NCBI GenBank assembly: GCA_963731715.1
Contig: CAVSXC010000008.1
Coordinates: 240,312 to 304,311, forward strand
DNA: 64,000 nucleotides
Reading direction: 5' to 3'
DNA from: an uncultured Actinomycetota bacterium
GTDB taxonomy: Bacteria; Actinomycetota; Actinomycetes; Mycobacteriales; Mycobacteriaceae
In this document: in pieces, positions 54,803-64,000 of the stretch
How the letters are laid out: each line of letters begins with the position of its first letter
Numbering within the stretch: position 1 is the stretch's first letter
Notes under the pieces: model-generated
What the model saw: the letters and a program-made list of their open reading frames with translations, nothing else
Told to the model about the DNA's origin: nothing
Databases searched by the model: none
Position numbers and translations under genes: made by a program

Positions 54803-55789
54803 ATGACGATCGGCCAGGTTGCTGAACTATGGCGTTATCCGGTCAAGTCGCTGGGCGGTGGGCAGGTCGAGCACGCGGAGTTCGGCCCTCGCGGAGTGCT
54901 TGGCGACCGGCTGTGGGCCGTGCGAGACCTCGAGCGGGATGTCACGGCGTCGGCGCGACAAATACCGGTCCTGCTGACGGCGACGGCCCGATACGTCGGG
55001 CCCGTCTCCGCGGACGCCGGCCCTGGGAATGTCCCGGAGGTCGAAATCACCTTCCCTGACGGCACGGTGGTGTCCAGCAGTGACGATGGCGTGCACGCGA
55101 AACTCTCAGAACTGGCTGGCCGCGATGTCAGGTTGACGGCTTTGCCGCCTGCGGAGGACACCAGCCTGCACAAGCTGACCCGCGCGGAGCGCTCCGAAAC
55201 GATGTCGCCCGCGTTCCTTCGCGCCTCCTTCGGCGTCGCCGACGATGAGAAGCTGCCAGATCTCTCGATGGTGCGGGTCTCGGACATGGTCAACTTCACC
55301 CGCTACTCCACCCCGCCGGGCATGTTCGTCGACCTCGCGCCGGTGCATGTGCTCAGCCAGACCAGCCTGGCGACCATCGGCACTGAGATCGGCAGCGATC
55401 TGGATGTACGTCGATTCCGGCCCAATGTGCTACTGGCGCTTGATGATCCAGATGACGGGCTGCCGGAGTCGCACTGGACCGGAGCGCACGTCGTGCTGGG
55501 CGAAGCGGTTCTCGATGTGATGATGCCGACCGTCCGCTGCGTCGTACCCAGCCGTGCGCAACCCGGATTCGAGGTCGACCGCCGCATCACCAAGGCGGTG
55601 GCCGTTCGAGCGCAGCGGTGCCTAGGGGTCTACTGCGGTGTCGACTCCGGCGGCACGGTCCGGGTAGGCGATGACGTTTCGCTTCGGCCTGCCACCGCGG
55701 GCAAGAAAGTATTCACCGACGCGGCTAGGCGCGCGAAGCGCGTGACGTTCGGCTTGGTCACCGGGGCGACGGAGCGGTTTTCGCGCTGA
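54803..55789 (+). CDS. MOSC-domain protein
   Basis: LWRYPVKSLGG, GDRLWAV, RRFRPNV, RCVVP. Confidence 0.88.
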   Translation: MTIGQVAELWRYPVKSLGGGQVEHAEFGPRGVLGDRLWAVRDLERDVTASARQIPVLLTATARYVGPVSADAGPGNVPEVEITFPDGTVVSSSDDGVHAKLSELAGRDVRLTALPPAEDTSLHKLTRAERSETMSPAFLRASFGVADDEKLPDLSMVRVSDMVNFTRYSTPPGMFVDLAPVHVLSQTSLATIGTEIGSDLDVRRFRPNVLLALDDPDDGLPESHWTGAHVVLGEAVLDVMMPTVRCVVPSRAQPGFEVDRRITKAVAVRAQRCLGVYCGVDSGGTVRVGDDVSLRPATAGKKVFTDAARRAKRVTFGLVTGATERFSR

Positions 55790-55802
55790 TCCGACGGCAT
55801 GG

Positions 55803-57467
55803 CTACGTTGCAGTGGGGACACCGCTGGGGTCCTGGCGATCGAGAACGCTCGCCACGTGATCGCCGAGCCGCAGCCCCAGCGCAGCGACGGTGAGGCTGG
55901 GGCCGACCCCGCCGGACGACGGGAAGACCGATGCGTCGCCGACGTACAGTCCCGGATGTCCCCAGACCTGTCCGTGCGGATCGACCACAGAGTTCGCCGG
56001 GTCCGAGCCCATGCGGCAGGTTCCCATCGGGTGCCCCAAATTCGGCGTCCCCGCGGGCAATAGGAACAGAATGCGATTGGGCGCGAAGGCGGCGGCCAAT
56101 CGGCGGCGCATTCGTCGACTGCGGGCCCGAAGCTCCGGCGAGACAGAGTAAGTGAATGCGATGCGGGGCCTCCGGCCCGGCTCGGCGGGCGTGTCAGCCG
56201 ACTCGGCTTCCTCCCAGACCCGGTTGTCTGCGAACGGCGGATCCGGCTGGATCGTCGCGAAGACCACGCCCGATTTCCCCGCACGTGCGGCCAACGCGGC
56301 GAACGGCAGCGCCAGCGCGACAGCGAGACTGAGCTGTTCGAGGCCTACGTCGTACAGCAGCGCCCGGAGCCCGTTCATGATCAACCCCTTGTTCAGGCTT
56401 GGGCCGTAGGACTGCACCTCGCCGATGCCGTCGTCGCCGCCGTAGAGATCGCGGAACGCGATGGCTTTGGAAGGCCCGGTGGTGTCCTCTCGACGGCGAA
56501 GCTTGCCCCGCGACGACACGAAGACGATGTCCGACAGATGGAAGAGCAGTCCGCGGCCAATCAGTTCGGGACGGGCGCGATCCCGCCACAGCGCCTCCGA
56601 CCGGTTGAGGATCAGTGGTGTGTTCAACGCCCCTGCGGCGACGATCACGCTGTGGCACAGGTACTCCCGTAGCGCTCCGTCATCGCCGCGTCCACTGACC
56701 CGCCACATGGTGTCCACCGGGACGATCTGCAAGACCGCTACCCCGAGTTGCAGCTCGATCCGCCCTGTCGCGAGCCCCGGCAGGAGCGCCCGGCTGTAGC
56801 CGTCGGCTTTGCACAGGCGCGGACAGCGCCGGCCCTGGCACTCGTCGCAGCCCGGTAGATAGTCGATGCCCACCCGCAGGCGGTACGGATGCATGCCTGC
56901 CCGCTTGAGATTTCCGACGATGGTCGCATCGCGCTGCGACAACGGCGGCGGTGGGGATGGATCGGAATCGTCGTCCTCGTCCAATGGATCGCGTTCGCCG
57001 ACAATGCGCAGCGTGGCCTCGGCGGCGCGATAGTAGTTGCGCAGCTCATCGAATTCGATCGGCCAGGAGTCGGGGAGCGATGCAACTCCGTCCAGCTGAT
57101 CGCTCGTCTGGCGATCCAGATCTTCACGGCGGAAGCGCCCAAGGGCGCCGCCGTACAGCGTTGAGGAGCCCCCTGGACCCTGGCCGAGCACCGGCCAGAT
57201 GCGCCGGACGCGCCTCGCGTGGTCGCGTTCGTATCGGGTGACGGTGTCGGGCCATTGCGGGCCGGCCGGGACGGTACCGCGGAACTTGCGCCCAATACGG
57301 GCGACCAGCGCTGGATTCGGCGCAGGCGAGTCGTACAGGTCGCCAGGGTCCATCACCAATACCTTGAGCCCACGCTCGGCAAGCCGCAGTGCAGTGAAGG
57401 ATCCACCCAAGCCGGCTCCGACAACGACGACATCCCACTCGTCGGCCGCATTCGACCTTGCGCTCAA
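55803..57467 (-). CDS. GMC-family FAD oxidoreductase
   Basis: VGAGLGG, GGSSTLYG, CDECQGRRCPRLC, AAGALNTP, GHPMGTCRMG, DASVFP. Confidence 0.85.
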   Translation of the reverse strand: MSARSNAADEWDVVVVGAGLGGSFTALRLAERGLKVLVMDPGDLYDSPAPNPALVARIGRKFRGTVPAGPQWPDTVTRYERDHARRVRRIWPVLGQGPGGSSTLYGGALGRFRREDLDRQTSDQLDGVASLPDSWPIEFDELRNYYRAAEATLRIVGERDPLDEDDDSDPSPPPPLSQRDATIVGNLKRAGMHPYRLRVGIDYLPGCDECQGRRCPRLCKADGYSRALLPGLATGRIELQLGVAVLQIVPVDTMWRVSGRGDDGALREYLCHSVIVAAGALNTPLILNRSEALWRDRARPELIGRGLLFHLSDIVFVSSRGKLRRREDTTGPSKAIAFRDLYGGDDGIGEVQSYGPSLNKGLIMNGLRALLYDVGLEQLSLAVALALPFAALAARAGKSGVVFATIQPDPPFADNRVWEEAESADTPAEPGRRPRIAFTYSVSPELRARSRRMRRRLAAAFAPNRILFLLPAGTPNLGHPMGTCRMGSDPANSVVDPHGQVWGHPGLYVGDASVFPSSGGVGPSLTVAALGLRLGDHVASVLDRQDPSGVPTAT

Positions 57468-57605
57468 CTCGAGACCCTCCAGTTGGAAACAACTCGGGCC
57501 CTACGATATTGCCGTCGCCGTCACGACACGACACGACGCTTCAGAATGTTTGCGTTGGCACGTTTCCGTCTGCCGCGCCGAGCCTAGAGCGTGCATGCGG
57601 CTTGG

Positions 57606-57917
57606 TCACCGGGGCACCGGAGCGGTTTTCGCGCTAGAGCCTCGGCTGGTCCTGTCCGGCAACAGCATTCCTCCGGCACGAAGCAGCAGTGTGCGTTCGG
57701 CGGCGTCGCGGTAGGAATTCGGGTGACACCGGCAGACCAGCTCCATGCAGCGTTCGTTTATCTGGTCGCGGTTCAGGCCGAACTCAACCAGGCACTCGTC
57801 TTCGGGCGGCCCGCCGTAACGGCGCCAGCTGAGCACGAACACCAGCAGATCCCGATCGAAACGGTCCAACCGCCGCCGCGGCGGGCCCGCGACCGGTTTC
57901 GGCTTCTCGGTGGGCAC
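57606..57917 (-). CDS. Small actinobacterial hypothetical protein
   Basis: GTG start just after araA; LDRFDRDLLVFVLSWRRYGGPPEDECLVEFGL resembles a small actinobacterial family. Confidence 0.45.
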   Translation of the reverse strand: MPTEKPKPVAGPPRRRLDRFDRDLLVFVLSWRRYGGPPEDECLVEFGLNRDQINERCMELVCRCHPNSYRDAAERTLLLRAGGMLLPDRTSRGSSAKTAPVPR

Positions 57918-57925
57918 CGCGGATC

Positions 57926-59437
57926 TCACAGTCCCGCGGCGACGTGGTGGTAGACGTCGTTCCATTTCAGTTCGCGCGCGAATCCGCGCCTGGTGGTGTC
58001 GGCATCGATCACAAGCAGCTCGGTGTCGGTCATCGTGGCGAAGTCCTCGATGGTGTCGACGCCCACCGCGGTGGTCAGGACGGTGTGGTGCGGTGCGCCG
58101 GCCAACAGCCATGCTTCGGCGGCGACCGACCAGCTTGGCTGCGGCTCCCACACCGCGCAGGCCACAGGGAGGTTGGGCAGCGGGGCTGTCGGCTCCACCA
58201 CGCGAACCTCGTTGGCCACCAGCCGAAACCGGGTGCCCATGTCGCTGATGCCGATGATCACCGCATCGTCGGGCGCCGCGGTGAATCGCAGCCGGACCGG
58301 GTCCTCACGGCCTCCGATCGACAGTGGGTGCACCTCGACGGCAGGCATCTCTGCGGCGATTGACGGGCACACCTCGAGCATGTGTGCCCCGAGGACGCGT
58401 TCGGCCCCTGCGGTCAGGTCGTAGGTGTAGTCCTCCATGAACGACGTACCACCGGGCAGGCCCTCGGCCATCACCTTCACCGCGCGGAGCATGACCGCCG
58501 TCTTCCAGTCCCCTTCGGCACCGAATCCGTAGCCGTCCGCCATCAGTCGCTGCACGGCAAGGCCGGGCAACTGCCGCAGGCCGCCGAGGTCCTCGAAGTT
58601 GGTGGTGAACGCGTGAAAACCACCCGCCTCCAGGAATTTCCGCATACCGGCTTCGATCTGGGCGCCGTGACGAAGCGATGCGTGGCGGTCACCGCCCGGC
58701 CGAAGTTCGGGTGCGAGTTGATACGACTGCTCATACTCGCGGACCAGCTTGTCGATCTCGGGCTCTTGCACGCGCTGCACAACGTCTGCGAGGTCGTTGA
58801 CTGAGTAGGCATTCACCGAAACGCCGAAGTGCGCCTCGGCCTCGACCTTGTCGCCCTCGGTCACCGCGACGTTTCGCATGTTGTCGCCGAACCGCGCCAA
58901 TTTGAGCGAGGCCACCGCGGCGTTCGCCAGCGCTGCGCGGGTCCACTCACCGATGCGCCAACGCGTGCGTTCGTGACTGACGTGTCCCGCGACGGTCTTG
59001 CGTGGGATCGACAGCCGGGACTGGATGTAGCCGAACTCGCGGTCGCCGTGGGCGGCTTGGTTCAGATTCATGAAACTCATGTCGATGGTGTCCCACGGCA
59101 GTTCGACGCCGAACTGTGTGTGCAGGTGCAGCAGGGGTTTCTGCATGGCCCGCAGACCGCGGATCCACATCTTCGCCGGCGAAAACGTGTGCATCCATGC
59201 GATCACGCCGATGCACTGTTCGCTGTCGTTGGCTTGGCGGATAACGGCCGCGATGTTGTCCGCGCTGATGACCGTCGGAATCCATCGAACCCGCACTGGC
59301 ACTTCGGTACAACCGTCGAGGATGTCCACGATCTTGCGGGACTGTTCGGCCACCTGGTCGAGAGTGTCTGTGCCGTACAACGATTGGCTGCCGGTGACGA
59401 ACCACACCTCGCTGTCGATGATGCGAGAGTCGATCAT
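57926..59437 (-). CDS. araA: L-arabinose isomerase
   Basis: [57 protein letters not shown]. Confidence 0.95.
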   Translation of the reverse strand: MIDSRIIDSEVWFVTGSQSLYGTDTLDQVAEQSRKIVDILDGCTEVPVRVRWIPTVISADNIAAVIRQANDSEQCIGVIAWMHTFSPAKMWIRGLRAMQKPLLHLHTQFGVELPWDTIDMSFMNLNQAAHGDREFGYIQSRLSIPRKTVAGHVSHERTRWRIGEWTRAALANAAVASLKLARFGDNMRNVAVTEGDKVEAEAHFGVSVNAYSVNDLADVVQRVQEPEIDKLVREYEQSYQLAPELRPGGDRHASLRHGAQIEAGMRKFLEAGGFHAFTTNFEDLGGLRQLPGLAVQRLMADGYGFGAEGDWKTAVMLRAVKVMAEGLPGGTSFMEDYTYDLTAGAERVLGAHMLEVCPSIAAEMPAVEVHPLSIGGREDPVRLRFTAAPDDAVIIGISDMGTRFRLVANEVRVVEPTAPLPNLPVACAVWEPQPSWSVAAEAWLLAGAPHHTVLTTAVGVDTIEDFATMTDTELLVIDADTTRRGFARELKWNDVYHHVAAGL

Positions 59438-60138
59438 GATGATCCGCCTTCCTGCGAAGTGGCCGACTGGCCGTAGACGTTCTGGTAACGGTCGAACAGC
59501 GCGGCTACGTCGTGCCGCTCGAGGCGGTCGAGGGTGCCCAGTTGCCGTCCGATGTGCACGGTGCGTGCCACGTCTTCGACCATGACGGCGGCCTTGACCG
59601 CGGAACGGGCGTCGGAGCCAACGGTGAACGGTCCGTGGTTGCGCATCAGCACCGCCGGAGATCTGCTGCCGCGCAGGGCTTCGACGATGCCGCGTCCGAT
59701 GGAGTCGTCACCGATAAGCGCGAAGGGCCCCACCGGGATATCGCCACCGAACTCGTCGGCGATCATGGTCAGCACGCACGGGATCGGTTCGCCGCGCGCC
59801 GCCCACGCGGTCGCGTAGGTGGAGTGGGTGTGCACCACACCCCCGACCTCCGGCATGTGTCGGTAGACGTAGGCGTGCGCGGCCGTGTCCGACGAAGGGG
59901 CGAGACGGCCGTCGACCAGGTTGCCGTACAAGTCACAGACGACGATGTCGTCGGGAGTGAGCAAGTCGTAGTCGACTCCGGACGGCTTGATCACCATCAG
60001 GTCGTGGCCGGGCACCCGCGCCGAGACGTTGCCAGCGGTCCAGATGACCAACTGGTACTTCGTCAGCTGGGCGTGTAGATCGCAGACCTCGCGACGCAGT
60101 TCGGCGACGACGGCGAGAGTTTCGGATGTAACGGTCAT
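59434..60138 (-). CDS. araD: L-ribulose-5-phosphate 4-epimerase
   Basis: [33 protein letters not shown]. Confidence 0.93.
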   Translation of the reverse strand: MTVTSETLAVVAELRREVCDLHAQLTKYQLVIWTAGNVSARVPGHDLMVIKPSGVDYDLLTPDDIVVCDLYGNLVDGRLAPSSDTAAHAYVYRHMPEVGGVVHTHSTYATAWAARGEPIPCVLTMIADEFGGDIPVGPFALIGDDSIGRGIVEALRGSRSPAVLMRNHGPFTVGSDARSAVKAAVMVEDVARTVHIGRQLGTLDRLERHDVAALFDRYQNVYGQSATSQEGGSS

Positions 60139-61802
60139 CGGGCCGCTCCCAGGTGTACGGGTGTGGACATCGCGCGCAGCGCGCGCATCATCGAGTTGCC
60201 GCGGCCAAACCAGTCGTGCAGCTTGACGTATTCGGCGTAGAGGTCGTCGTACCTCGCGACGTTGTCGGGATCGGGGGTGTATGCGTTGCGGGTGCGTCCG
60301 CCCATCTGCTTGGCGGCGGCAGCCACATCTCGGTAGGCACCGGCCGCGGTGGCAGCGTGGATCGCCGCACCCAACGCAGGCGCCTGAGTCGAGTCGACTG
60401 TCGACAGTGGCAGGCCCACCACGTCGGCGTAGATCTGCATGAGCAGCCGATTCTTCAAAAGCCCCCCGCCGACGACGATCTCGCGCACGGGCACGCCGCT
60501 GTCGACGAACGTCTCGATGATCATCCGAGTGCCATACGCGGTGGCCTCAAGCAGTGCCCGATACATGTCGGCGCAGGTGGTCGCCAATGTCTGACCCACG
60601 ATCACGCCCGACAGCTGGTGGTCGACGAGCACCGATCGGTTGCCGCTGTGCCAATCCAGGGCGACCAGACCGTGCTGGCCGACGCGCTGGTCGGCGGCCA
60701 GCTCTGTCAGCAGGTCGTGGACTGAAATGTTGCGATCGCGCGCCTGCTGCTCGATGGCGACGGGAACGCAGTTGTTGACGAACCACGCGAAGATGTCGCC
60801 GACGCCTGACTGTCCCGCTTCGTAACCCCAGTAGCCCTCGACGATCCCACCGTCGACGACGCCGCACATGCCCGGAACATCGCGCAGTACATCGGAATTC
60901 ATGACATGACACGTCGAGGTGCCCATGATCGCCAACAGTTGGCCTGGTTCCAGGCAATCGGCCGCTGCTGCCGTGACGTGGGCGTCGACGTTGCCGACGG
61001 CGACCGGCAGGCCGGCAGGCAGGCCGGTCCACCGTGCCGCTTGTTCGGTGAGTCCTCCGGCGACGTGGCCGAGCTGTCCGATGCGGTGCGCCAGTTTGGT
61101 GCCGACGAAATCGGTGAAGCCCGGATCCAGCGCGCTCAGGAAATCGCGTGACGGGTAGCGGCCGTCCTGCAGGATGCCCTTGTATCCGGCGCTGCACGCG
61201 TTGCGGACGTAGCTGCCGCACAGCTGCCAAACGATCCAGTCGGCGGCTTCCACCCAATGGTCGATCGCGTGGTAGACCCCTTGATCCTGCTCGAGAATCT
61301 CCAGCGCCTTCGAAAACTCCCACTCACTGGATATCGAGCCGCCATAGCGGCTGAGCCACGGTTCATTTCGGTCGGCGGCGATAGCGTTGATCCGGTCGGC
61401 CTGAGCCTGCGGCGAGTGATGCCGCCACAGCTTGGCGTAGGCGTGCGGCCGGTCGGCGAATGCGGGAAGTTCGCACAGTGGTGTGCCGTCGGCGCGCACG
61501 GGCACCATGGTGCAGCTCGTGAAGTCAGTGCCAATGCCGATGACATCGCGCGGGTCGACACCTGCGAGGCGGACCGCCTGCGGAACCGCAGTTCTCAACG
61601 CGTTGCGGTAGTCGTTCGGTACCTGCAGTGCCCACTCTGCGGGCAGGTGCACATCCCCGACGGGCAGCGTTCGAGTCAGCACGGCGTGCTCGTAAACGTG
61701 CTCAGCGCTCGCCATCTCGTGGCCATCGTCCACCCGCACGACTACCGCCCGAGCGGACAAGGTCCCGAAATCGACTCCAATGGTGTACTTATCGCGGTGC
61801 AT
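60135..61802 (-). CDS. araB: Ribulokinase
   Basis: GVDFGTLSAR, GTDFTSCT, YGGSISSEW, MGTSTCH, EAGQSGVGD. Confidence 0.93.
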   Translation of the reverse strand: MHRDKYTIGVDFGTLSARAVVVRVDDGHEMASAEHVYEHAVLTRTLPVGDVHLPAEWALQVPNDYRNALRTAVPQAVRLAGVDPRDVIGIGTDFTSCTMVPVRADGTPLCELPAFADRPHAYAKLWRHHSPQAQADRINAIAADRNEPWLSRYGGSISSEWEFSKALEILEQDQGVYHAIDHWVEAADWIVWQLCGSYVRNACSAGYKGILQDGRYPSRDFLSALDPGFTDFVGTKLAHRIGQLGHVAGGLTEQAARWTGLPAGLPVAVGNVDAHVTAAAADCLEPGQLLAIMGTSTCHVMNSDVLRDVPGMCGVVDGGIVEGYWGYEAGQSGVGDIFAWFVNNCVPVAIEQQARDRNISVHDLLTELAADQRVGQHGLVALDWHSGNRSVLVDHQLSGVIVGQTLATTCADMYRALLEATAYGTRMIIETFVDSGVPVREIVVGGGLLKNRLLMQIYADVVGLPLSTVDSTQAPALGAAIHAATAAGAYRDVAAAAKQMGGRTRNAYTPDPDNVARYDDLYAEYVKLHDWFGRGNSMMRALRAMSTPVHLGAAR

Positions 61803-61810
61803 CTATGTCC

Positions 61811-62830
61811 TCACCTGTTCTCGGCGTAGGGGCGAGTGCTGTCTCGGATGATGAGCTCTGGTGCGAGCAGCGGGGTTTCGGTGACCGTGCCGGCTAGGAC
61901 AGCGGTCAATAGTTCGATTGCACGCCAGCCGACGGCATGAAAGTCCTGGCGCACCGTGGACAGCGCGGGATTGAGGTACGCAGCCTCAGGTATGTCGTCG
62001 AAAGCAATCACGCTGATGTCGTCCGGCACAGCGATGTCGGCCTTTGCGAATGCGTGCAGGACGCCAATTGCCATCTGGTCGTTGGCGACGAACACGGCCG
62101 AGAAGTCGTTGCGCCTGATCAATTCCCGGCCGATCGCGTAACCGCGGGCGGGGCTCCAGTCGCCCTCCAGGTCGGCGTGCGCGGGATAGCCGGCGGACCG
62201 CATCACGTCGATGTATCCGGCCCGCCGGGCCCGCGCCTCGGTCCAGGTGAGGGGACCCGTGACGTGGACTATGTCGCGGTGACCGAGGTCGACGAGGTGC
62301 TGGGTGGCCAGGCGCGCCCCCGCGATCTGATCGACTCCGACACTCAAGCCGCGGCCGGAAAGCTCGCCCTCTACGACAATCAGCGGTGTGGCGGTGGCCT
62401 CCGAACGCACGACGGCGAGCGCGTCCTGCTGCGTGACGATTGTGATGATCGCTTCCACGGACTGCCGGTTCAGGTAGTCCAGCGCTGCCCGCAGCTCGTC
62501 GTGGGTCATCGCGCCCAGAGTCACCAAGCTGGTGAAGTAGCCGGCCGTCCTTGCCGCTTCCTGGATGGAGAACTGGATACTGGACGGGCCGTAGAACGCG
62601 CTGTTACTGCCGATTATCCCAATGGTTTTGGATCTCTTGGTGACGAGGGCTCGGGCTGCGCTGTTCGGGTGGTAACCCAGATCGGCGATCGCACGTTCGA
62701 CCCGTACGCGGGTGCTGGGCCGGATGCTCGCAGATCCGTTGATGACACGTGACACCGTCTGATGCGACACACCCGCGAGACGGGCCACATCGGCCATGAC
62801 GGGCCTGCGCGGGCTTGCGTCGGCCGTCAC
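61811..62830 (-). CDS. LacI-family transcriptional regulator
   Basis: MADVARLAGVSHQTVSRVIN HTH; ANDQMAIG; VPDDISVIAFDD. Confidence 0.92.
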   Translation of the reverse strand: MTADASPRRPVMADVARLAGVSHQTVSRVINGSASIRPSTRVRVERAIADLGYHPNSAARALVTKRSKTIGIIGSNSAFYGPSSIQFSIQEAARTAGYFTSLVTLGAMTHDELRAALDYLNRQSVEAIITIVTQQDALAVVRSEATATPLIVVEGELSGRGLSVGVDQIAGARLATQHLVDLGHRDIVHVTGPLTWTEARARRAGYIDVMRSAGYPAHADLEGDWSPARGYAIGRELIRRNDFSAVFVANDQMAIGVLHAFAKADIAVPDDISVIAFDDIPEAAYLNPALSTVRQDFHAVGWRAIELLTAVLAGTVTETPLLAPELIIRDSTRPYAENR

Positions 62831-63828
62831 GGGGTTCTCCTGAGAACGACGCGCTGCACTAGCACGAAGACCAGCAGCAGGATCCCCGTCATTATCCGGG
62901 TCCAGTATGAGTTGAGATTCTCCGTGGTGACGAGTACCTGGACGCTGCCGAGGACGAGCACGCCGATCAGCGAGCCAAGCACGAAACCGACTCCACCCGA
63001 GAGCAATACGCCGCCGATGACGGCGGCCGCGATCGCGTCGAGTTCCAGCCCGATGCCGTTGAGGCTGTAGCCGGACAGCTTCTGCACACCGAGCAGCAGG
63101 CCTGCCAGGGCGGCGCAGAACCCGCTGATCACATACACCGAGATTTGAGTCTTGGTGGTGGAAAGGCCCATCAGCTGAGCCGATTGCCTGCTTCCGCCGA
63201 GCGCGTACACCGTTCGCCCGAACCGGGTTTGGTGCAGCACATACGCGGCCACCGCCACCACGATCAGGCCGATGACGACCGTCCAGCGGATGAACTTGTC
63301 CTCGTACACGTACACGTAGTTCAGGCCGAGGGCACGCAACGCCGGATCCTTGATCGGCAAGGTGTCGACGCTGATGACGTAGCACAATCCGCGCGCGAGG
63401 AACATGCCGGCAAGGGTCACGATGAACGGCTGCACATCGAAGAATTCGATCACGCTGCCCATCAGCAGGCCCAGCAGCGGTCCTGCGATTAGCACGATGG
63501 AAATCGCCACGGGCGTCGGCAATCCGGCTTGCAGTGTCTTAGCCAGGATCACCGTCGACAACGCCACTACAGACCCGACGCTGAGGTCGATGCCGCCGGT
63601 GAGGATGACGAACGTCATCCCGACGGCGAGCACGATCAGGTATGCGTTGTCCACGAGCAGGTTCAGGAACACCTGGGCCGGGCTGGCGAAGTCGTATCGC
63701 ACAATGATCGTGGTGAACAGCACGCCGAGAAGAGCGGCCGAGGCGATCACGGACAGGTAGCGTTCGCGCATCCGTGCGGCGACCGCGGGAAGCATCGCCG
63801 TGGGTCGGTTCAGCGCCTCGATGCTCAT
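62827..63828 (-). CDS. Sugar ABC transporter permease (YjfF-like)
   Basis: GMTFVILTGGIDLSVGS, PFIVTLAGMFLARG, ELDAIAAAVIGG. Confidence 0.9.
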   Translation of the reverse strand: MSIEALNRPTAMLPAVAARMRERYLSVIASAALLGVLFTTIIVRYDFASPAQVFLNLLVDNAYLIVLAVGMTFVILTGGIDLSVGSVVALSTVILAKTLQAGLPTPVAISIVLIAGPLLGLLMGSVIEFFDVQPFIVTLAGMFLARGLCYVISVDTLPIKDPALRALGLNYVYVYEDKFIRWTVVIGLIVVAVAAYVLHQTRFGRTVYALGGSRQSAQLMGLSTTKTQISVYVISGFCAALAGLLLGVQKLSGYSLNGIGLELDAIAAAVIGGVLLSGGVGFVLGSLIGVLVLGSVQVLVTTENLNSYWTRIMTGILLLVFVLVQRVVLRRTP

Positions 63829-64000
63829 GATGCGCCTACCTTGTCGGTATGTGGCGCCGGCGAAGCATCGTCGGTGACCGGGGCGGAGGTGACGCCGGTC
63901 GCCTGGCCGGGCCTCGTGCGCCGCCGTCGCAGCAGCTGACGGAACTTCGGCGCCTGCAGCAGACACACCGCGATCACCACGATGGCTTTGAATACCAGTG
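63825..64000 (-). CDS. Sugar ABC transporter permease (YtfT-like), 3' end only
   Basis: LVFKAIVVIAVCLLQAPKFR...VGAS stop overlapping the next ATG. Confidence 0.75.
   Translation of the reverse strand, partial: LVFKAIVVIAVCLLQAPKFRQLLRRRRTRPGQATGVTSAPVTDDASPAPHTDKVGAS

Overview
High-GC actinobacterial DNA, almost certainly a rapidly growing Mycobacterium/Mycolicibacterium. The window carries most of the cholesterol catabolism region syntenic with M. tuberculosis Rv3564-Rv3525c. This comprises the KstR2 (C/D-ring, HIP) regulon (fadE33-32-31-fadD3, fadE30-ipdF, kstR2-fadA6, ipdCBA-echA20, two SDRs; three KstR2 boxes), ddn-fadA5, the igr operon (cyp125, chsE1/E2, chsH2/H1, ltp2), hsd4B-kstD, hsaEGF, Rv3531c-29c, Rv3527-kshA and Rv3525c (five KstR boxes). 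It ends with MOSC and GMC oxidoreductase genes and an L-arabinose operon (ABC permeases, LacI, araBDA). Accessory cassettes sit at operon junctions: an OmpR two-component system plus DUF4153 protein, a nicotinoprotein alcohol dehydrogenase, an FDOR/Rv2466c-like redox cluster, a secreted-protein island (MPT63, DUF4012), and two hemophore-like genes with a DUF318/TIGR03943 permease pair, RecQ and IclR. The best novelty candidate is an apparently chimeric carboxylic acid reductase: an acyl-CoA-ligase-type adenylation domain fused to canonical CAR T and R domains. About 25 genes show single-base frameshifts, most likely sequencing/assembly errors. All family calls rest on motif recognition and synteny, not on database searches.
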